64,000 nt of DNA from the NCBI GenBank assembly GCA_965223905.1, contig CBDCXV010000010.1, positions 64,001 to 128,000 of the forward strand. Reading direction: 5' to 3'. The notes beneath the pieces are model-generated. The model ran no database searches. It worked only from the letters and a program-made list of their open reading frames with translations, and was not told the DNA's origin. Shown piece after piece: positions 60,002-64,000 of this stretch. Source of the stretch: Candidatus Latescibacterota bacterium. GTDB taxonomy: Bacteria; Latescibacterota; UBA2968; UBA8231. A program made the position numbers and the translations under genes. How positions within the stretch are numbered: position 1 is the stretch's first letter; the number at the start of each line of letters is the position of its first letter.

Positions 60002-60700
60002 TTGGAGCCGGCACTGATTCGCATCGAAGGGGTGGAGAAGACCTACGACATGGGGGCGGTGCAGGTGCATGCCCTGCGCGGCGTGTCGCTGACCCTCGAG
60101 CGCAACGAGTACGTCGCCGTGATGGGCCCCTCCGGCTCGGGCAAGTCGACCCTGATGAACATCATCGGCTGCCTCGACGTTCCCACCGCGGGCACCTACG
60201 AGTTGAACGGGCAGCGCGTCAGCGAGATGGATGACGACGACCTCGCCCGCGTCCGCAATCGGGAGATCGGTTTCGTCTTCCAGACCTTCAACCTCCTGCC
60301 CCGGGCCGACGCCCTGCGCAACGTCGAGCTGCCCCTGGTCTACGCCGGGCTCGGACAGCGCGCCCGGCGTCAGCGGGCCGAGGAGGCGCTCGCGTCCGTG
60401 GGGCTGGAAGACCGCATGCACCACCGGCCCAACGAGCTGTCCGGCGGCCAGAAACAGCGGGTCGCCATCGCCCGGGCCCTTGCCAACGAGCCCTCGATCA
60501 TTCTCGCCGACGAACCGACCGGCGCCCTCGACACCCGCACCGGGGCCGAGATCATGTCCCTGTTCCAAAGGCTCCACGGCAACGGCCACACCGTCGTCGT
60601 CGTCACCCACGAGGAGCACGTCGCCGCGTACAGCCGCCGCGTCGTCCGCTTCCGGGACGGCCTCGTCGAGAGCGACGGCGCCGCGGCGGCCGGCGCATGA
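60002..60700 (+). CDS. MacB/LolD-type ABC ATPase
   Basis: [28 protein letters not shown] and ADEPTG. Confidence 0.93.
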   Translation: MEPALIRIEGVEKTYDMGAVQVHALRGVSLTLERNEYVAVMGPSGSGKSTLMNIIGCLDVPTAGTYELNGQRVSEMDDDDLARVRNREIGFVFQTFNLLPRADALRNVELPLVYAGLGQRARRQRAEEALASVGLEDRMHHRPNELSGGQKQRVAIARALANEPSIILADEPTGALDTRTGAEIMSLFQRLHGNGHTVVVVTHEEHVAAYSRRVVRFRDGLVESDGAAAAGA

Positions 60701-61947
60701 CCCAGCTCCTGCGGGGGCGGCGGGGAAAGCTGGCCGCGGCAGTCGCCGTCGCCATTGCCGCGGCCGGGGGCATGCTCGCCCTTTCCGCCACCGGCCCAGG
60801 TGAGGGGGAAGCGGTCGAGACCTTCCTCGTCGACAGGGCAGAGTTCCGCCTCTCCCACTTCGAGGCGGGGGAAATCCGCGCCCGCAAGGACGAGAAGGTC
60901 CTCGCCCCGGAGGTGCGCGGGAGGTTGAAGATCACCTACCTCTGGCCCGAGGGAGAGAAGGTGGAGATCGGCGACCTCATTCTCGCCTTCGACCGCAGCG
61001 AGCTCGAGGCCGAGGTCAAGAACGAGGCCGGAGAGCTGGAGAAAGCCCTGGCCGACCGGCGAAAGGGACTGGCCAACCAGAAGCAGATCCTCGCCGGGCT
61101 GGCGGTAGAGGTAGAAAAGGTCGACGCCGCCCTGGAGCTGGCGCGCATCAGCCTGCAGCGCAGCGAGTACGCCTCCCCCATCGTTCGCGAAGAGCGGAAA
61201 ATCGAGCTGGCCAAGGCGGAACGGGCGATCGCCGAAACGCGCGAGAACCTCGACGCCCGCAGAATCGTCAACCGCGTCGAGCGCGCCAACCTCGACCTGC
61301 GCGTCTCCCACCACGAGAAGCGCTACGACAAGGCGCGGAAGGATTTCGACCGGCTCACCGTGTACGCCAGGCGTCCGGGCATCGTCGTCTACGAGACCAT
61401 CCGCAAGAGGGGGACCAGCCGCCGCGGCAAGGTGACCGAGGGGGACGTGGTCTGGGGCGGGACGTCGCTTTTGAGCCTTCCCGATCTCAGGGCGATGCAG
61501 GTGGTGTCACAGATCGGCGAGATGGACGTCACCAGGGTGAAGCCGGGACAGAAGGCACTCATCCGGCTCGAGGCGTTCCCCGGCCCGGTCTTTCACGGGG
61601 AAGTGGCGGCGGTGGCGCCGATGGCCGGCGAGGTGGAGGACGCTCCCAACGTGCACGTCTTCGAGATGGCCGTCGTTGTCGAAGAGCAGGACGACCGCCT
61701 CTACCCGGGGATGTCGGCTGCGGTCGAGATCATCCTGCAATCGATCCCCGACGCGGTGCGCGTTCCGCTTTCGGCGATCCGCCGGGAGGAGGGGCGCGCA
61801 GTCGTCTGGCGCTCCGAGGCAGGCGGGTTCACACCGGTCGAAGTGGCCGTCGGCCCGCACAGCGGCACCGAGATCGTCATCGAGGCCGGCCTGGAAGCGG
61901 GTGACGTTGTCGCCCTCGACGCCTCCTCGGTACCTTTGCCGCCATGA
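60697..61947 (+). CDS. MacA/HlyD-type periplasmic adaptor
   Basis: N-terminal anchor, coiled coil, lipoyl-like halves and LYPGMSA. Confidence 0.85.
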   Translation: MTQLLRGRRGKLAAAVAVAIAAAGGMLALSATGPGEGEAVETFLVDRAEFRLSHFEAGEIRARKDEKVLAPEVRGRLKITYLWPEGEKVEIGDLILAFDRSELEAEVKNEAGELEKALADRRKGLANQKQILAGLAVEVEKVDAALELARISLQRSEYASPIVREERKIELAKAERAIAETRENLDARRIVNRVERANLDLRVSHHEKRYDKARKDFDRLTVYARRPGIVVYETIRKRGTSRRGKVTEGDVVWGGTSLLSLPDLRAMQVVSQIGEMDVTRVKPGQKALIRLEAFPGPVFHGEVAAVAPMAGEVEDAPNVHVFEMAVVVEEQDDRLYPGMSAAVEIILQSIPDAVRVPLSAIRREEGRAVVWRSEAGGFTPVEVAVGPHSGTEIVIEAGLEAGDVVALDASSVPLPP

Positions 61948-63332
61948 CCTCCTCCGGCCTCCAACCCGGGCGCGCGTCCTCGCGGCGCCAGCGGGGACTC
62001 ATCGGCGCCGCGGCCATCGCCCTGACCGCGGGCCTGGTCGCCGGTTTCCGGGTGTTGATGCCGGAAGAGTCCTCGCAGGTGGCCTCGTTCCCCGTCGGGC
62101 AGGGGGAGTTCCGCATCACCCTGGCGCTCTCCAACGGCGAGCTCGAAGCGGTCAACGCCGAGCAGATCAACGCCCCGCAGGTGCGCGGCCAGCTCAAGAT
62201 CACCAAGCTGTTCCCCGAGGGGGAAACCGTCGAGATCGGGGATCTCGTCATCGAGTTCGACAAGGCGGAATTCGTCAAGAGAGTGACCGAGGCGAGGCAG
62301 GCGCTCGAGGCGAGCAGGGCGGAGATCGAGAAGACGATGGCCAACCAGAAGGTCGAGATCGGGCGCCAGCAGTCGGACATCCACAACAAGGAGGCGGAGC
62401 TCAGACTGGCGCAACTCAAGCTGAAGAAGATGGAATTCGAGTCCCTGATCGACAAAGAGGAGACCCGGCTCAAGGTCAGGCAGTCCGAGCTCGCCCTCGA
62501 GCAGGCGCACAGGAAATTCGAAGCCCAGCGGATCGTCGACCAAGCCGAGAAAAGGAAGCAGGAGCTCGACGTCGCTCAGAAGGAACGCGGCCTCGAAAAG
62601 GCGGAAAAGGACCTCGGAAGCCTGTCGGTCCATGCCGACAAGCCGGGGCTCGTGGTGTACGAGAAGATCTGGAAGGGCTCCCGCCCCGAGAAAATCCGCG
62701 TCGGCGACGAGCCTTGGAGCGGGGCCACCCTGGTGACGCTTCCCGATCTGACCGCGATGCAGGTGAAGACCTGGGTCAACGAGGTCGACGTCGACAAGCT
62801 CGAGGTCGGGCAGCAGGCGGCCATCGAGCTCGACGCCCTGCCCGGTCCGACGTTTCGCGGCTCGATCACCAGCGTTGCTTCCCTGGGCCACGAGAAGGAG
62901 GGAGACAAGAACGTCAAGGTCTTCGACGTCGTCATCGGCATCGACGGGGAGGACGAGCGTTTGAAGCCGGGGATGTCGGCCTCCTCGGTGGTGGTGATCG
63001 AGACGGTCCCGGAACCGCCCGGCGACGTGGACTCCCTCGAAGTCAGCCCGCCCCCCGGAGAGGAGGAGGGGGACGCTGCCCTGCCCCTCTACATCCCGCT
63101 CGACGCCGTCTTCGAGAAAGGGGGCGAGACCCTCGTCTACCGGGTGCGGGGCGGAGGCACCGAGGAGCGCAAGGTCGTCCTGGGGAAGCGCAACGACGAC
63201 TACGTCATCGTCGAGGAGGGCCTGGCTCCCGGCGACCGCGTCGCCCTGCGCGACCCGACCCTAGTGCTCGAGCACCTCGGCGGCATGCCCGGGGAGGCGG
63301 CAGACCCCGCCTCGGCCTTGAACGCGGAATAG
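61944..63332 (+). CDS. Second MacA/HlyD-type periplasmic adaptor
   Basis: Paralog of the previous gene; LKPGMSA. Confidence 0.85.
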   Translation: MTSSGLQPGRASSRRQRGLIGAAAIALTAGLVAGFRVLMPEESSQVASFPVGQGEFRITLALSNGELEAVNAEQINAPQVRGQLKITKLFPEGETVEIGDLVIEFDKAEFVKRVTEARQALEASRAEIEKTMANQKVEIGRQQSDIHNKEAELRLAQLKLKKMEFESLIDKEETRLKVRQSELALEQAHRKFEAQRIVDQAEKRKQELDVAQKERGLEKAEKDLGSLSVHADKPGLVVYEKIWKGSRPEKIRVGDEPWSGATLVTLPDLTAMQVKTWVNEVDVDKLEVGQQAAIELDALPGPTFRGSITSVASLGHEKEGDKNVKVFDVVIGIDGEDERLKPGMSASSVVVIETVPEPPGDVDSLEVSPPPGEEEGDAALPLYIPLDAVFEKGGETLVYRVRGGGTEERKVVLGKRNDDYVIVEEGLAPGDRVALRDPTLVLEHLGGMPGEAADPASALNAE

Positions 63333-63347
63333 GCGGCCTCAGGACCG

Positions 63348-64000
63348 ATGGAGCTGCGGGAAACCATAGGCCTGTCCGTAGCCGGACTTACCGCCCACAA
63401 GCTGCGCACCTGCCTGACCATGCTGGGGATCATCTTCGGCGTCGCCGCGGTCATCGCCATGCTGTCGATAGGCGAGGGCGCCAGGCAGGAAGCCCTCGGC
63501 CAGATCCGGCAGATGGGGATCGACAACATCATCGTCCAGCACTGGAGCCCCGAAAGCGAAGAGGAAGGGGAAGGCCGGGGAGGACAGAATCTCTCGCGGG
63601 GACTGAGCCGCCAGGACGCGGCCGCGCTCGCCGAGATCTGCCCGCTGGCCGAGATCGTCGCGCCGCTCAGGGAAATCAAGGTCAAGGCCCGGGCCGGCGG
63701 CACCTCGTTCCAGACCATGCTGGTCGGGACCACTCCCGAGTACATCGACGTCCTCGACGCGCGCCTGGGCCGGGGCGTCTACCTCGGGGACGTGGACCTG
63801 CAGCAGGCCCGGCGGGTATGCGTCCTCGGCAGCGACGCCAAGCGCGCCTTGTTCTTTTTCGAGGACGCCCTCGGCAGGCAGGTCAAGCTGCACGACCAGT
63901 GGTTCACCGTGGTCGGGGTACTGGAGGACAAAGGGGCGGCCAGGGGCAAGATCGGCGGCGTGCTCGAGGTGAGAAACACCGACGAGGACATCTACGTGCC
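63348..64000 (+). CDS. MacB-type ABC permease (partial, runs off the window)
   Basis: AHKLRTCLTMLGIIFGVAAVIAMLSIGEGA. Confidence 0.88.
   Translation, partial: MELRETIGLSVAGLTAHKLRTCLTMLGIIFGVAAVIAMLSIGEGARQEALGQIRQMGIDNIIVQHWSPESEEEGEGRGGQNLSRGLSRQDAAALAEICPLAEIVAPLREIKVKARAGGTSFQTMLVGTTPEYIDVLDARLGRGVYLGDVDLQQARRVCVLGSDAKRALFFFEDALGRQVKLHDQWFTVVGVLEDKGAARGKIGGVLEVRNTDEDIYV

Overview
High-GC bacterial window with two parts. Positions 1 to ~32,650 are a composite, partly decayed genomic island whose left end is probably outside the window. Its right end carries an intact P4-type tyrosine integrase, and the island appears to truncate a host YWTD/LDL-receptor-repeat surface-protein gene. Left cargo: recombinase remnants, a frameshifted type IIG-like restriction-modification gene, an HsdR tail, an ISL3 element, an ankyrin protein and a 3'-truncated group II intron. 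Replication module: AlpA, Toprim primase, AAA helicase, a putative Rep and 22-bp iterons. A 6.6-kb co-directional operon of small accessory genes ending in radC is punctuated by five intergenic repeats that, read by eye, fit circularly permuted (type-P5) twister self-cleaving ribozymes, each overlapping the upstream stop codon and preceding the next RBS; this is the most notable observation. Further right are two copies of a ~150-bp MITE with 6-bp target duplications and a cas-less 13-repeat type I-G-like CRISPR array with a solitary repeat and an inverted degenerate repeat. Positions ~32,650-64,000 look like host chromosome: a SelA-like enzyme, gmhA, lpdA, ycaQ, a Fic protein, rnhA, a YdcF-family protein, a cobalamin-riboswitch-led B12 uptake/salvage locus whose distal genes are disrupted by a lower-GC insert with an IS1595 remnant, and a MacAB-like exporter. 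FlgD/dockerin/YWTD proteins and C-terminal WGxxK motifs suggest a Latescibacterota/Poribacteria-like host, possibly sponge-associated (inference only). All calls were made by eye; no database searches were run.
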